Shown: piece after piece, positions 19,849 to 29,254 of the stretch
Layout: the number at the start of each line of letters is the position of its first letter
Position numbering within the stretch: position 1 is the stretch's first letter
Origin: an uncultured Candidatus Saccharibacteria bacterium
GTDB taxonomy: Bacteria; Patescibacteriota; Minisyncoccia; Phycocordibacterales; JACOZG01
NCBI GenBank assembly: GCA_964648765.1
Contig: CAZYLF010000001.1
Coordinates: 79,042-143,041, forward strand
Reading direction: 5' to 3'
DNA length: 64,000 bases
Program-made: the position numbers and the translations under genes
Notes under the pieces: generated by a model
What the model saw: only the letters and a program-made list of their open reading frames with translations
Database searches by the model: none
Told to the model about the DNA's origin: nothing

Positions 19849-20895
19849 CTAGCGTTTGCGACCTTGGGAACCACCATTTCTGGTAGTTACCACTGCGGAG
19901 GAACTGGCGGCCGTTGCTAGGGCTCCACCACCCACTGGCATGATTGCCTTGGTGGCTGCTGCAGCCGATTGGGCACCGGGCGCCCCCTTCTGCTTCAAGA
20001 TCTCCTCGATCTCGTCGCCATCGACGCCCTGTGTCCGAGCGATGGTCATCACCATGGTGGCAATGATCGCTTCAGTCTCCGGGATTTCGAGGATGCGCTC
20101 AGGATCCTCTCCTGCTGCGCGGAAGAGGTCCTGCCACATCTTGGTGATTGATCGGTCCTTGCCATGTAGAGTGTGGCCTGGTCGGATCACAAACACGTGG
20201 TAGCGGGTGGCCGCTTCTTTGAGCGATTCAAGCATCGTCACTGTCTTCTCGAGATGGTCACCAAAAACTGCCTTGGCGACTTCAGGTGAAGTGCCGTTGA
20301 CCTTGGGGTCACCGGCTCCATAGAAGGGCTCCTCATCACCAATGATGAAGAGGAAGCCCTTCGTGCCATCGCGCTCGAAGCACTCCAGTCGAGTGTGTCG
20401 AGCGGCGGCGTAGAGCGGCAGGTGATAAGCCTCACCCCTGTTGCCTCCCCCTTGATGGGGAATGACCATCTCATTCAAAGCGGTGATGAGCTCTTCTGCC
20501 CCTGTTTCGAACTGGCTCATCTGAAACGCGGCATCTGGTGGTACGGCGTGCTCATCATCATGTTGCATGAACATGATGTTAGGATGGTCGCTGATACCTT
20601 GTTCAGTCAGCATCGTCATCAATGTTGGTAGCGACTTTTGCAAGTCATAGGGCACATCTTCCATCGACCCGGTACCGTCCATGCTCACCACCACAGGTGT
20701 GGCATCATTAAAGCCCGGGGCAAAGCACGACTCCCGCACCCCATTTTTGAGTTGCTTGGGGTCGAGAATGTTTGCCAAGTTAGAGTAAACACCAGTTGCT
20801 CGGGCTTGAGTGGCCCTCGCGAACGTCTGGCCGGTATCTTGCAGCTTACTGACGGCGGCCTTGTACTTAAGTGACTCAAAATTACTACCTCCCAT
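19849..20895 (-). CDS. vWA (MIDAS) domain protein
   Basis: MDGTGSM MIDAS, QMSQFE, GGGNRGEAY, KGFLFIIGDE; start MGGSNF has a purine-rich SD; visibly GC-richer than host genes. Confidence 0.8.
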   Translation of the reverse strand: MGGSNFESLKYKAAVSKLQDTGQTFARATQARATGVYSNLANILDPKQLKNGVRESCFAPGFNDATPVVVSMDGTGSMEDVPYDLQKSLPTLMTMLTEQGISDHPNIMFMQHDDEHAVPPDAAFQMSQFETGAEELITALNEMVIPHQGGGNRGEAYHLPLYAAARHTRLECFERDGTKGFLFIIGDEEPFYGAGDPKVNGTSPEVAKAVFGDHLEKTVTMLESLKEAATRYHVFVIRPGHTLHGKDRSITKMWQDLFRAAGEDPERILEIPETEAIIATMVMTIARTQGVDGDEIEEILKQKGAPGAQSAAAATKAIMPVGGGALATAASSSAVVTTRNGGSQGRKR

Positions 20896-20953
20896 GCTCC
20901 ACATCCTTTCATGATTGTGGGTGAGTGGTCTAATCGCCACACCGTGTGGCTAT

Positions 20954-22126
20954 TTAGACCGGACTCATTTCCAGATTTACGAACTTCCTCGAACCAAACA
21001 CTCGTTTGGCAATGCCTCTGAACTCCTCATAAGCCACTGCTGCGTTCTTTGGCCGAAGCCTAATTTTGGGTTGCAAACAACGGTTTAAAAAGTCTTTGAT
21101 CGGTTCCTCTACTGTGCTTGGCAAGTCACCAGATCCTGGTTCTCCGCCAAGTAGATAAACCATGCACCAAGCTGACATATAAATATCAGCTGATGGTGTT
21201 GGTGACCCTCTCCCACCTAAAATCTCAGCGGGAAAAAAGTTTTTGAAGCGTTCGTCCACGTAGGGCAGAGATTGATTTTTTCCGGATAGGCACGAGGCCG
21301 TCCAGTCAATGATCTTGCCACTGTGACTCTCGGTGTGGATCAATATGTGGTTCGGGGTTATTGCGGCGTGTACCACCCCCGACAAGTGAGCCAAGGTTAG
21401 TCCCTCAAGGGTACGATTCCAGATAAAGCACATTTGTCGGGTGTTTATCCCCGTCGGATGTTTGGCCCGGATTTCCTCTAGGTTGAACCAGCCAGCATTT
21501 AAGCCAGATGGTTCAGTGAAGAGGTTTACTACTCGGTGCCCTTGCCCCCCATTATCTTTCAGTTTGACCGACTCAGTGAGGCTTGGGATTCGCGCTAAAA
21601 ATTTGCGCGCACTCTCCGTGCCTTCCGGATCGGTTGCTAACTTTTTAACTTTGGCTTGCATGGCTTTGATCGCCTGAACCTCGCGCTCCATTAGATCGTT
21701 ATCTTTTGGACTGTGAGGGACTCGGGCAATTATCGGTATGGTTTGATTCTCCTTATTTTGCATTATGGCGGAGAAAATACCGCAGGTGCCCCCTTCTCTG
21801 ATTAGTTCCACCAATACGTAAGTACCTTTTTTGGTTTTAAACATTGGCGGACCAATTGGATCAGCTTGTGGTTTAACCGCTAGATTGCCGTAAATGCCTT
21901 GGGCGAATTTGAGTTTGGCTAGTCCCCACAGCTCATTAAGCCGTTTGGAAGCAGTTTCCCCCAGCTCCTTTCCCTCGTCGGTTTGCTGTCGGTCTGGGTG
22001 GACCAACTTACTTAACTTTAGGTAGGTCTTTTCCGCCTCTTCCTGGCTACTTTTTAAGCCAAAAATCTCTTCGGGTTGTTTTGCCCGCTTCAGCTTATTA
22101 AGGACCGATATAAACTCCTTTTCCAT
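20954..22126 (-). CDS. J-domain fused to an atypical Ser/Thr kinase-like domain
   Basis: YLKLSKLVHPD (J-domain HPD); kinase fold EGGTCGIF, LMERE, VVHAAITPNHILI, IIDW, SADIY, LNRCL. Confidence 0.8.
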   Translation of the reverse strand: MEKEFISVLNKLKRAKQPEEIFGLKSSQEEAEKTYLKLSKLVHPDRQQTDEGKELGETASKRLNELWGLAKLKFAQGIYGNLAVKPQADPIGPPMFKTKKGTYVLVELIREGGTCGIFSAIMQNKENQTIPIIARVPHSPKDNDLMEREVQAIKAMQAKVKKLATDPEGTESARKFLARIPSLTESVKLKDNGGQGHRVVNLFTEPSGLNAGWFNLEEIRAKHPTGINTRQMCFIWNRTLEGLTLAHLSGVVHAAITPNHILIHTESHSGKIIDWTASCLSGKNQSLPYVDERFKNFFPAEILGGRGSPTPSADIYMSAWCMVYLLGGEPGSGDLPSTVEEPIKDFLNRCLQPKIRLRPKNAAVAYEEFRGIAKRVFGSRKFVNLEMSPV

Positions 22127-22142
22127 TGTTTAGTTCCTCCAT

Positions 22143-22197
22143 TTGTAAAAGAACCTGATATCCTTTGCCAGTCTACATTTTTATAACTTTTTGTCAA
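22143..22197 (-). promoter_or_regulatory. Sigma70-type promoter plus boxA-like leader of the J-kinase operon
   Basis: TTGACA-16-TAGACT, then GTTCTTTTACAA and GGAGG. Confidence 0.6.
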
Positions 22198-22220
22198 GTA
22201 TAGTGTATAATGTTTAAAGT

Positions 22221-23102
22221 ATGAGTTTATCTAAACTAAAAAATGAGTTTTTGGAGTATTTGGAGATTGAGAAGGGGCGGAGTTTGAAAACGGTGGCTAA
22301 TTATGACCGTTATCTGCTGCGCTTTTTTGAATTTAGCCAAGTTAAGGAGCCAAAATCGCTCGATGATGAGATGTTGCGCAAATATCGCCTGTGGCTCAAT
22401 CGCCTGCCAGCACCCGAAGGCAACCTTAAAAAAAATACCCAAAATTATCACTTAATTGCCTTGCGGTCCTTCTTAAAATACTTAACCAAACGTGGTGTAA
22501 CCACGGCGCTCTCCTCTACTGACATTGAGCTAGCTAAAACTGGTGAGCGAGAACTTGATTTAATTGAGCCAGACGAGCTCGATCGCCTGCTGGCCGCGCC
22601 TAAAAGTAAGGATGTATGGGCTTTGCGCGATAAAGCGTTGCTCGAGCTCCTCTTCTCTACTGGTTTGCGCGTGTCTGAACTTGTGGCTTTAAATCGCGAC
22701 AGTATAGATATGAAGCGTGATGATTTCTCTATTAGAGGTAAGGGCGGCAAGGTGCGCGTGGTCTTCCTCTCCCCCCTCGCAAAAGATACAATCCAACAAT
22801 ATTTAAATAAACGCGATGATCCTGAAGAACCGCTTTTTGTGAGTCAAAAACTAACCAGATTAACCGCGCGGAGCATTGAGCGCTTGATAAAACAGTATGC
22901 GATCAAGGCTGGGATAACGCGCAAGGTCACGCCGCACGTGATTCGTCACAGTTTTGCCACAGATTTGCTCCGTAATGGTGCTGATTTACGTTCGGTGCAA
23001 ATGATGCTTGGGCACGCCAATATCTCAACCACTCAAGTGTACACTCACGTTACCGATCGCGAACTCAAACGCATCCACGACAAATTCCATAGGAGGAAAT
23101 AA
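22221..23102 (+). CDS. XerC/XerD-family tyrosine recombinase
   Basis: RDKALLELLFSTGLRVSEL, GKGGK, TPHVIRHSFAT, LGHANISTTQVY; no IntI insertion. Confidence 0.92.
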   Translation: MSLSKLKNEFLEYLEIEKGRSLKTVANYDRYLLRFFEFSQVKEPKSLDDEMLRKYRLWLNRLPAPEGNLKKNTQNYHLIALRSFLKYLTKRGVTTALSSTDIELAKTGERELDLIEPDELDRLLAAPKSKDVWALRDKALLELLFSTGLRVSELVALNRDSIDMKRDDFSIRGKGGKVRVVFLSPLAKDTIQQYLNKRDDPEEPLFVSQKLTRLTARSIERLIKQYAIKAGITRKVTPHVIRHSFATDLLRNGADLRSVQMMLGHANISTTQVYTHVTDRELKRIHDKFHRRK

Positions 23103-23128
23103 AAAAAGCGTCTCCTGTGGGGAGACGC
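23101..23128 (-). terminator. Intrinsic terminator
   Basis: GCGTCTCC/GGAGACGC stem plus A-run. Confidence 0.7.
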
Positions 23129-23146
23129 CGGTGTTGTTCGACAAAC

Positions 23147-23959
23147 TTAAAGGACAATAGGTTTTACTTCAAGCGACCTCATCGTTTCTGGCGGTAAGCC
23201 CAAATCATCCGGTGTTTGGATCACCATCTCTGGTATTTCATAAACTTCCGCAACCCCATCGCCAATTTTGGCGCCTTTTGTTTGCTGATTAATAAGTTCA
23301 AGGAGTTGCAGCTCGTAGCTTTCATAACATGTGCTAGTCAGGTTAAGCTCAAGAAAGACACTGTGTCTTAACTTGAATTCAGCCAATCGATTTTTCAGTG
23401 CAGTGTAAGTTTCAGGCGAATAACCAATTTGCGCTATTTCCTTAATCTGCTTGTCGAGGAATTCGCGAACTCGATTCTCTAGTTCTTTGGGAGAAAGAAA
23501 TTGCAACTCCTCTTCCCCGATCAGCTTTCGTTTGTTATCAAGCCACAACCGGCCGACCACAGCATCTAGTGTGTCCACAAAGGATTTAACTTTTCTACCT
23601 ACTCTAACTTCGGCAATTCCTTCTGCCACACAGCCAATGATAATGGTAAAAAATCCAGTCACTAGTACTAGCAGAAATGGAAAAAGAATAAACCCAAAAA
23701 GAACATTGAGAAATTCCCCAAAATTTTTTGTGGGTAGATTGGAGAACCACAAGGTAATAGCAATCCCATAGAAAAGACCTCCAAAAATAAAAGCAAATTG
23801 ATCGACCTTTTCTGTGGCGTCCCGCATCCTTTTGAGAGGTTTTTCTCCTGAGTGTTTTCCTGCCCATAAATCATCCCAGCAATCGTTGATTTTTTTCGTT
23901 TTGACCAATTCATACAGGCGCTTGTTGCAAGCCTTTGCCTCGTCTCTTGATATTTTCAC
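23147..23959 (-). CDS. Hypothetical two-TM protein
   Basis: GTG after GAAGGAG; two TMs; own promoter TTGACT-16-TAGTTA. Confidence 0.7.
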   Translation of the reverse strand: MKISRDEAKACNKRLYELVKTKKINDCWDDLWAGKHSGEKPLKRMRDATEKVDQFAFIFGGLFYGIAITLWFSNLPTKNFGEFLNVLFGFILFPFLLVLVTGFFTIIIGCVAEGIAEVRVGRKVKSFVDTLDAVVGRLWLDNKRKLIGEEELQFLSPKELENRVREFLDKQIKEIAQIGYSPETYTALKNRLAEFKLRHSVFLELNLTSTCYESYELQLLELINQQTKGAKIGDGVAEVYEIPEMVIQTPDDLGLPPETMRSLEVKPIVL

Positions 23960-24062
23960 GATTTTCTCCTTCAAAAAGTGTTACTTTAACAAAGTCCAAA
24001 CCAGCCTTATAACTACCATTTCATGGTAAAAAGTCAACTTAAATATTTAGGGAAATAAAAAT

Positions 24063-24093
24063 AAAAAAACGCGGAACGTGTACACGTTCCGCG
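24063..24093 (-). terminator. Terminator formed by a perfect 24-bp palindrome
   Basis: CGCGGAACGTGTACACGTTCCGCG plus A-run. Confidence 0.7.
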
Positions 24094-24112
24094 CGAGTGA
24101 TTCGAGCTTGAT

Positions 24113-24634
24113 TTAGTCAACGATGAACGATCCCGGGCAATCTCCCGGGCTATGGCCACGGGGTTGTCTGCGCATTGGACGAGGGTCTACAGATTCATCT
24201 GGTAGAGGGATCTTTGTGACATCAACCTTGGGCACGTTCTTGCGCTTGGTTGGTCGTCGTCGGCCAACTTCTTTTAGTGCCATCGCACTTGGTGGTAGTG
24301 CACCCCCACGAGCATTGTCCATCCAATCTTCGGCCGGGATCCCTTGCAAAAAATCTTGCAAGGTGGGGATGAACAGCATGTCGAAGTCTTCATTCACATG
24401 TTGTTCTGCAACATCACGTGTCGAGTAAGTACCTCCTGCCGAGTTAGTCCTCTCTTCGCCAAAGACCCTCGGAATTACCGTGTAAATGAACCAAGAGTTG
24501 TGAGTGGCCGCCCTGTGGCGCAGATCTTGAAATACACTTTTGCTCGAGTCCATAAAATCATGGATATCCAAGTAGTCTTCCGCCTTGCCGCCAAATTTTT
24601 TGGCGCTATTTTTGGCGTGTTCATAAGGTTTCAT
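24113..24634 (-). CDS. DUF6915-like His/Asp-rich protein
   Basis: PYEHAKNSAKKFGG..EDYLDIHDFMDSSK..DLRHRA..HN..AEQHVNED..IPTLQDFL; GGAGG SD. Confidence 0.75.
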   Translation of the reverse strand: MKPYEHAKNSAKKFGGKAEDYLDIHDFMDSSKSVFQDLRHRAATHNSWFIYTVIPRVFGEERTNSAGGTYSTRDVAEQHVNEDFDMLFIPTLQDFLQGIPAEDWMDNARGGALPPSAMALKEVGRRRPTKRKNVPKVDVTKIPLPDESVDPRPMRRQPRGHSPGDCPGSFIVD

Positions 24635-24763
24635 TACCAAATCCTCCACAAAAATGAAATTGAACTGGTTGCCAATGAACCATCTGTGAGCAAATTTAGC
24701 ACAAGGTGAAATTTTATACAAAAAAGGCGTCTCTCGCAGAGAGACGCCTGGTAAAACTCCTTT

Positions 24764-24964
24764 TCAATCAAACACACCAACCCACTGCACTTCCTCTTCT
24801 GCATCAACCTTAATTGGTCCATCAAAGAAGATGGGTTTGCCGTGCAAATCGATCCCTCTTATTTCCCTGGCATTTTCTCCGTTACTCTTTGATAACACCT
24901 TCGACTTTTGGCTTGGTTGAATCCTGACAAACAAACTCCCCGACGCCAATTCTCCAAACTTCAT
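24764..24964 (-). CDS. Small hypothetical protein
   Basis: AAGGAG SD directly after the cmk-like stop; terminator at 24720-24749. Confidence 0.6.
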   Translation of the reverse strand: MKFGELASGSLFVRIQPSQKSKVLSKSNGENAREIRGIDLHGKPIFFDGPIKVDAEEEVQWVGVFD

Positions 24965-24975
24965 ATCAGTTCTCC

Positions 24976-25515
24976 TTATAGTTCAAGATTATTTAGAATT
25001 TGTTCGGCTACATCTTCTGGGTTTGTGATGCCAGTATCTATCACAAGATCAAACTTATTCGGTTCCCAGTTAGAACCTGGATAGAGCGCTTCATACCTTG
25101 CCCTGTCAACACGGTCTCGCTCTTGGATCAACTTGGTTACCTCCTCAAGTTTGGATCCTTGGAGATCTTTATGTCGCCGCTTGGCTCTGACTTCTAAACT
25201 GCATACAAGCAGGACGTGGAGCGCGTTTGGGACAAAGATGTGCGGAAGACGACCTTCAGCCACGACGCAGGAATTTCTGCCTAGCTCAGCAATTCTTTGA
25301 TCCACCTTTTCATCCCATTTTTCTTCAGGATGATTTTTGGCGTGAGTTACAAATTCCTCGATTGTTTTTCCTTTCTCTTTTGCAAAAGCTCGCATGATCA
25401 AACCAGCACTTACAAATTGCCGAGTTCCCAAACCTTCCAGTTTACGTTTCAGGATTTCTAACGTGGTGGTACCACCAACCCCTGCATCACTTGTGATGGT
25501 GATTGATTTTGGCAT
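24976..25515 (-). CDS. Cytidylate kinase-like (archaeal-type) protein
   Basis: SAGLIMR, DEKVD, VAEGRL, RAKR, ERDRVDRARY..LY, FDLVIDT; P-loop lacks Lys. Confidence 0.75.
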   Translation of the reverse strand: MPKSITITSDAGVGGTTTLEILKRKLEGLGTRQFVSAGLIMRAFAKEKGKTIEEFVTHAKNHPEEKWDEKVDQRIAELGRNSCVVAEGRLPHIFVPNALHVLLVCSLEVRAKRRHKDLQGSKLEEVTKLIQERDRVDRARYEALYPGSNWEPNKFDLVIDTGITNPEDVAEQILNNLEL

Positions 25516-25618
25516 CTCACACTCCTTCAAAAAGTTACAACGAACTAATCTGTGTTTATAACTACCATTTATTTAAAATTTATACAAAAAAAGCGGATCC
25601 ATTATGGACCCGCTGGTT

Positions 25619-25990
25619 TCAAACTAAATTCCTATTTCTTACTCTCTGACAGTAAACCTCGAAAGAATGTGAGGTTGTTCTGATGTGTCCGTTGGCAAGA
25701 TTTTCAGGTAAGGCCAATTGATCACGTAGTTTGCAGTATTCAAGAGACAGAGGTCCAATAACCTCAGGTTCGATTAGTTGGAGCGGTCTACTGATCCGTT
25801 TGTGCAATCTTCTTGCGGTCTCCACTGCTCCGTTCACCCAATTCTCGTCGTCAGTATCAACATACATTTCATACAGTCGATTCTCCCCACCATCTGGGCC
25901 AAACATTCGAAGAAGTTCAAACATCCCAACTTCATCCAGAATTGTGTTTTTTGTGATTCTTACCACCCGCTCTTGAATCTCAAATGACAT
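25619..25990 (-). CDS. Hypothetical protein
   Basis: ATG after AGGAGG; terminator at 25586-25613. Confidence 0.6.
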   Translation of the reverse strand: MSFEIQERVVRITKNTILDEVGMFELLRMFGPDGGENRLYEMYVDTDDENWVNGAVETARRLHKRISRPLQLIEPEVIGPLSLEYCKLRDQLALPENLANGHIRTTSHSFEVYCQRVRNRNLV

Positions 25991-25992
25991 CG

Positions 25993-26364
25993 TTATTCTC
26001 CTCCTAAAATGTCGGAAAAGCATCTTGCCAAGTTTGCTTCTTCACTAAAGCCATGAGATTTGGCCAGTTGGCAGAGTTCGTTAAATGTGACCTGCAATTG
26101 GTCGTCGCCACCCTTTTCCATCCTCGTATCTAAATTTTTCTTAACTTCATTTAGTCGATTCAGGATGGTAGGGGCGAGCTCTTTTTTCTCCGGCCCACTC
26201 TTTGGGTATTGAACACCAAAAAGTAATGAAAATCTATCTTGCTCTTTGGTCAGTTTCCCCTGTTCATTCCAAATGAGGGCGGGGATAACTAAGCAGATGA
26301 TAGCCAATCCTGATGCGGTGTAAAACAAGCGATCCTCCCACCACACCCTCTTGTGTGTTTGCAT
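25993..26364 (-). CDS. Single-TM hypothetical protein
   Basis: GAAAGG SD; N-terminal TM. Confidence 0.65.
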   Translation of the reverse strand: MQTHKRVWWEDRLFYTASGLAIICLVIPALIWNEQGKLTKEQDRFSLLFGVQYPKSGPEKKELAPTILNRLNEVKKNLDTRMEKGGDDQLQVTFNELCQLAKSHGFSEEANLARCFSDILGGE

Positions 26365-26428
26365 TTTCTGTTCCTTTCAAAAAACAATATCTACCTGCTC
26401 CCAAACTAGCATTTTAAAATCATAAAGT

Positions 26429-26465
26429 AAAAAAAGAGCCCCGAACGCACATGTGCGTTCGGGGC
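26429..26465 (-). terminator. Terminator formed by a perfect 28-bp palindrome
   Basis: GCCCCGAACGCACATGTGCGTTCGGGGC with an adjacent A-run. Confidence 0.65.
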
Positions 26466-26487
26466 CTTGCGCGCTACTTTTCAATAA

Positions 26488-27075
26488 CTAGTCAGGGGTT
26501 TTAAATGTGAAGGGTGGGAGAGGGCCAAAACATAATCGCCAGTACGTAATCACAACCAGAATCCCACAATAAATCGTGGCGCTGGCCGGGTAGAACACTT
26601 CTTCAATCGACCAATCTTTACCTCCCAAGGTGGAAAGTAAGTTGGCAAAGAAGTACCCCACAAAGATCAGAATCGGTGTCTCCCAAGGTTTCCGGTAACT
26701 CGCTACGGTTTGGGGTATGCCAGCAATAACCATTGCCAGTGTACTCGCAATCGTCGCGTTCCTCGGCCCAGAGTGATACCAAATCACCAGGCAGACAATC
26801 ACCAAGAAGGTTACAAAGCTCTCAAATCGAGTCCAGTTAAAGTTCCTGGATTTTAAAATGCACAATGCTGTTATGCTACCACCAACCGTGTAGGCTGCTG
26901 CTAGCAAATAATTTCCGTCTTGCAGAAAAATGGTGACGGCAGCAATTGCATCAAGCGCCGACCAAAGTAACCATGTAGCCAAGTTCTGCACCACCTTGCC
27001 GGTCAAGAGTTGGTAGCAAAGTGGAAAGTAGAGTGAAATGGCCAACAGTGTGCTAATCACTACGAGCAGGTTCAT
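26488..27075 (-). CDS. PQ-loop-like multi-TM membrane protein
   Basis: About 7 TMs, internal duplication (LYFPLCYQ / AGIPQTVAS); AAGGAGG SD. Confidence 0.65.
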   Translation of the reverse strand: MNLLVVISTLLAISLYFPLCYQLLTGKVVQNLATWLLWSALDAIAAVTIFLQDGNYLLAAAYTVGGSITALCILKSRNFNWTRFESFVTFLVIVCLVIWYHSGPRNATIASTLAMVIAGIPQTVASYRKPWETPILIFVGYFFANLLSTLGGKDWSIEEVFYPASATIYCGILVVITYWRLCFGPLPPFTFKTPD

Positions 27076-27505
27076 TCACGCCTCCTTTCTTGGGCGAGAG
27101 GTCTCGGCAAAGGGCCGAATCTTTGTTGGCAATACCAGCATTTTTCCGGATCAAGACAGCCATGGAAATGAGGAAATTCTTTTCTATGGTTGTGAGATCG
27201 GTGTATTGCTTGCGGGTGCTTGTCTTTAGTACGCCGCTTTCTCGATAGCCATCTGGGTCGATATGTGAAATATAGTAGTACTCAAATCGGTTGTTTGGCC
27301 AGATTTGTTTGACTTCTAATATTTCACCCATTTTTCCCATAGCGAGGGTGTAAGAAACACTTAGACCGTCTTTGCCAATCCAATCTAAACAAATCCGACC
27401 AATGCGAGGATTATCTTGAGTGGCTTCTTGCTTTCTGATTAATTTCTGCGCGCGTGATAAGGTTTTGCTGACTCTTGGCCCGAAAAAGAAATTCCATAAA
27501 CCCAT
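27053..27505 (-). CDS. Hypothetical protein
   Basis: AAGGAGG SD; consensus promoter upstream. Confidence 0.65.
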   Translation of the reverse strand: MGLWNFFFGPRVSKTLSRAQKLIRKQEATQDNPRIGRICLDWIGKDGLSVSYTLAMGKMGEILEVKQIWPNNRFEYYYISHIDPDGYRESGVLKTSTRKQYTDLTTIEKNFLISMAVLIRKNAGIANKDSALCRDLSPKKGGVNEPARSD

Positions 27506-27527
27506 TATTCGCCTCCTTTTTTTGAAG

Positions 27528-27582
27528 TTGTTTAAGATCAATCTAACAACCCCTATTATAACCTTTTATAAAATTTTGTCAA
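27528..27582 (-). promoter_or_regulatory. Consensus sigma70 promoter plus boxA-like leader
   Basis: TTGACA-16-TATAAT, then GATCTTAAACAA. Confidence 0.7.
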
Positions 27583-27587
27583 TGAAT

Positions 27588-27622
27588 AAAAAAGAGCGCT
27601 TCGAAGTTAATCGAAGCGCTCT
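27588..27622 (-). terminator. Terminator of the six-gene operon
   Basis: AGAGCGCTTCGA/TCGAAGCGCTCT stem plus A-run. Confidence 0.75.
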
Positions 27623-27658
27623 GTGCTGCACTGCAAACTGCAAAGAACAAATGAGCTT

Positions 27659-29254
27659 TTATCCTCCTTCATCAATTGCTGAAGCTAGCTCTTGCTTCAG
27701 ATTATTGAACCACTCCTTCCGAGGAAGGTTGGTGTTAATCCATACCACCTTTTTGGTTGCCGCATCAGTGATTGTTACTTCAGGATTTGAACCTGCAACG
27801 AAGTCACTACGCGTTTTATCTGTATAAGTGACGATGGTGGTTAACCACATAAAACGCACCACCCCGTCAATTAACTTAATGAAAGGTCGGTGTTCGGCTG
27901 GGTAATTTTGATCCCAGTCGTTAAAAGCCCGACTTCCCATTACGCTGGCACCAATAGTGCTTACCCCCGGCAGCGCCTCGTTGCGCTTGGCGTGAGAGTA
28001 AGTAAAGATTGGACCAATACCATCCGCAGGGTAGAAGACAGAGGCGTTATGCCCCTGATTCGCCTTTGTGTATGGTTCAAGTGAGAAATAATGATACAAC
28101 TTATTTTCACCCCCGCCTTCTTTCAAAAAACGAAAGTAGATGGTGAAGGGCTGTTCGTTATAATCACCTTCTAAGTCAGGGATTCGCACATCGCCTTGGT
28201 GTGAACCAGGGAAGGGTGCAAAAAATCCTGACTGAAAACGGAAACTCTCAGCTGCGTACCGGCTCACATCGTATGGTATGAGTGGCTGGCCGCGCAGGTA
28301 GGAGTGGTTGGCCACCTCTTCTGGTGGAATCCACTCCCCATCACCAATCATCATGAGTTTGAGCCAATGCAACAGCCCGCCCTCACTTTGACGTATCACT
28401 TGCACACCGCCGAATTCCGGTCGAGGGAAAAGTATTCCCTTCCAGCGTACTAGTGACACAACTTCTACCCACTCACCCTTATCATCCTTGATGTATTTAA
28501 CATCACTCGGACTGTATGACAGGAACCGAAACGGATTTAAGAATGAGCGGATAGTGCTAATTTTTACGTTCTTCCCAAGGAGTAGATTCTCACCAACGGC
28601 AAATGATACCGGTGTGCGATTCTTACTTGAGAAGTCTGGTGATGCCGCTTCGCCGGGGAGACTGAGCACTCCTTTCACGTTCTCTATGAGTCGTGGAAAG
28701 AAGTACGAAGGTTCTATCCCCATTGTAAACCGATAGCTATCACCAACCCTAACGTAATAGGGTTCTGAAACTTGATGCACATCCTGCATCCCACCCCTCA
28801 GGGATTGAACCCTAATGGAGTGTAGAGGCTGGATTCGATCATGCTCTGTCACCGGTAGCTCCTCTAGCTCCCGGAGGTCAAGTGTTTTGTAACGCCAGTA
28901 CAAGGTTAAGTACTTGTGAGGTGAAGCGCCAATGTAGCGATAATTAACCGCCATCAGCACCAACACTCCCAAAATTATTAACCACTTTTTCCGACTGATT
29001 CTGTGGTGGTAGTGATAGATCAAAGCAATGGAAGTAACCGCAACGATCACTTCAAAGCTATAGATCCTTACCGCTAGAAACAGTGGCTGTACCCACGCTC
29101 TGGCAAGCAGAGCAAGGAAGAGTGCAACTCCCAATAAAAGGAGGAAGCGTCCTCGATGCTCTTGCCAAAGATTTTTTGCCCAAAGTAGGAAGTTTCTGAA
29201 AATCCAGTACAACCTGCCATGAGCAACCTTTATTTCTGCTTCTGAAGAGGTCAC
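27659..29254 (-). CDS. Membrane protein, three N-terminal TMs plus a large extracytoplasmic domain (operon gene 6)
   Basis: 531 aa; GTG immediately after the upstream TAA; GAGGAGG SD. Confidence 0.8.
   Translation of the reverse strand: MTSSEAEIKVAHGRLYWIFRNFLLWAKNLWQEHRGRFLLLLGVALFLALLARAWVQPLFLAVRIYSFEVIVAVTSIALIYHYHHRISRKKWLIILGVLVLMAVNYRYIGASPHKYLTLYWRYKTLDLRELEELPVTEHDRIQPLHSIRVQSLRGGMQDVHQVSEPYYVRVGDSYRFTMGIEPSYFFPRLIENVKGVLSLPGEAASPDFSSKNRTPVSFAVGENLLLGKNVKISTIRSFLNPFRFLSYSPSDVKYIKDDKGEWVEVVSLVRWKGILFPRPEFGGVQVIRQSEGGLLHWLKLMMIGDGEWIPPEEVANHSYLRGQPLIPYDVSRYAAESFRFQSGFFAPFPGSHQGDVRIPDLEGDYNEQPFTIYFRFLKEGGGENKLYHYFSLEPYTKANQGHNASVFYPADGIGPIFTYSHAKRNEALPGVSTIGASVMGSRAFNDWDQNYPAEHRPFIKLIDGVVRFMWLTTIVTYTDKTRSDFVAGSNPEVTITDAATKKVVWINTNLPRKEWFNNLKQELASAIDEGG

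Noticed and set aside
22221-27622. Integron (IntI plus attC array)
   Set aside because: The recombinase is Xer-like with no IntI-specific insertion. The hairpins carry U-runs and lack clear RYYYAAC/GTTRRRY cores, so they read as terminators.
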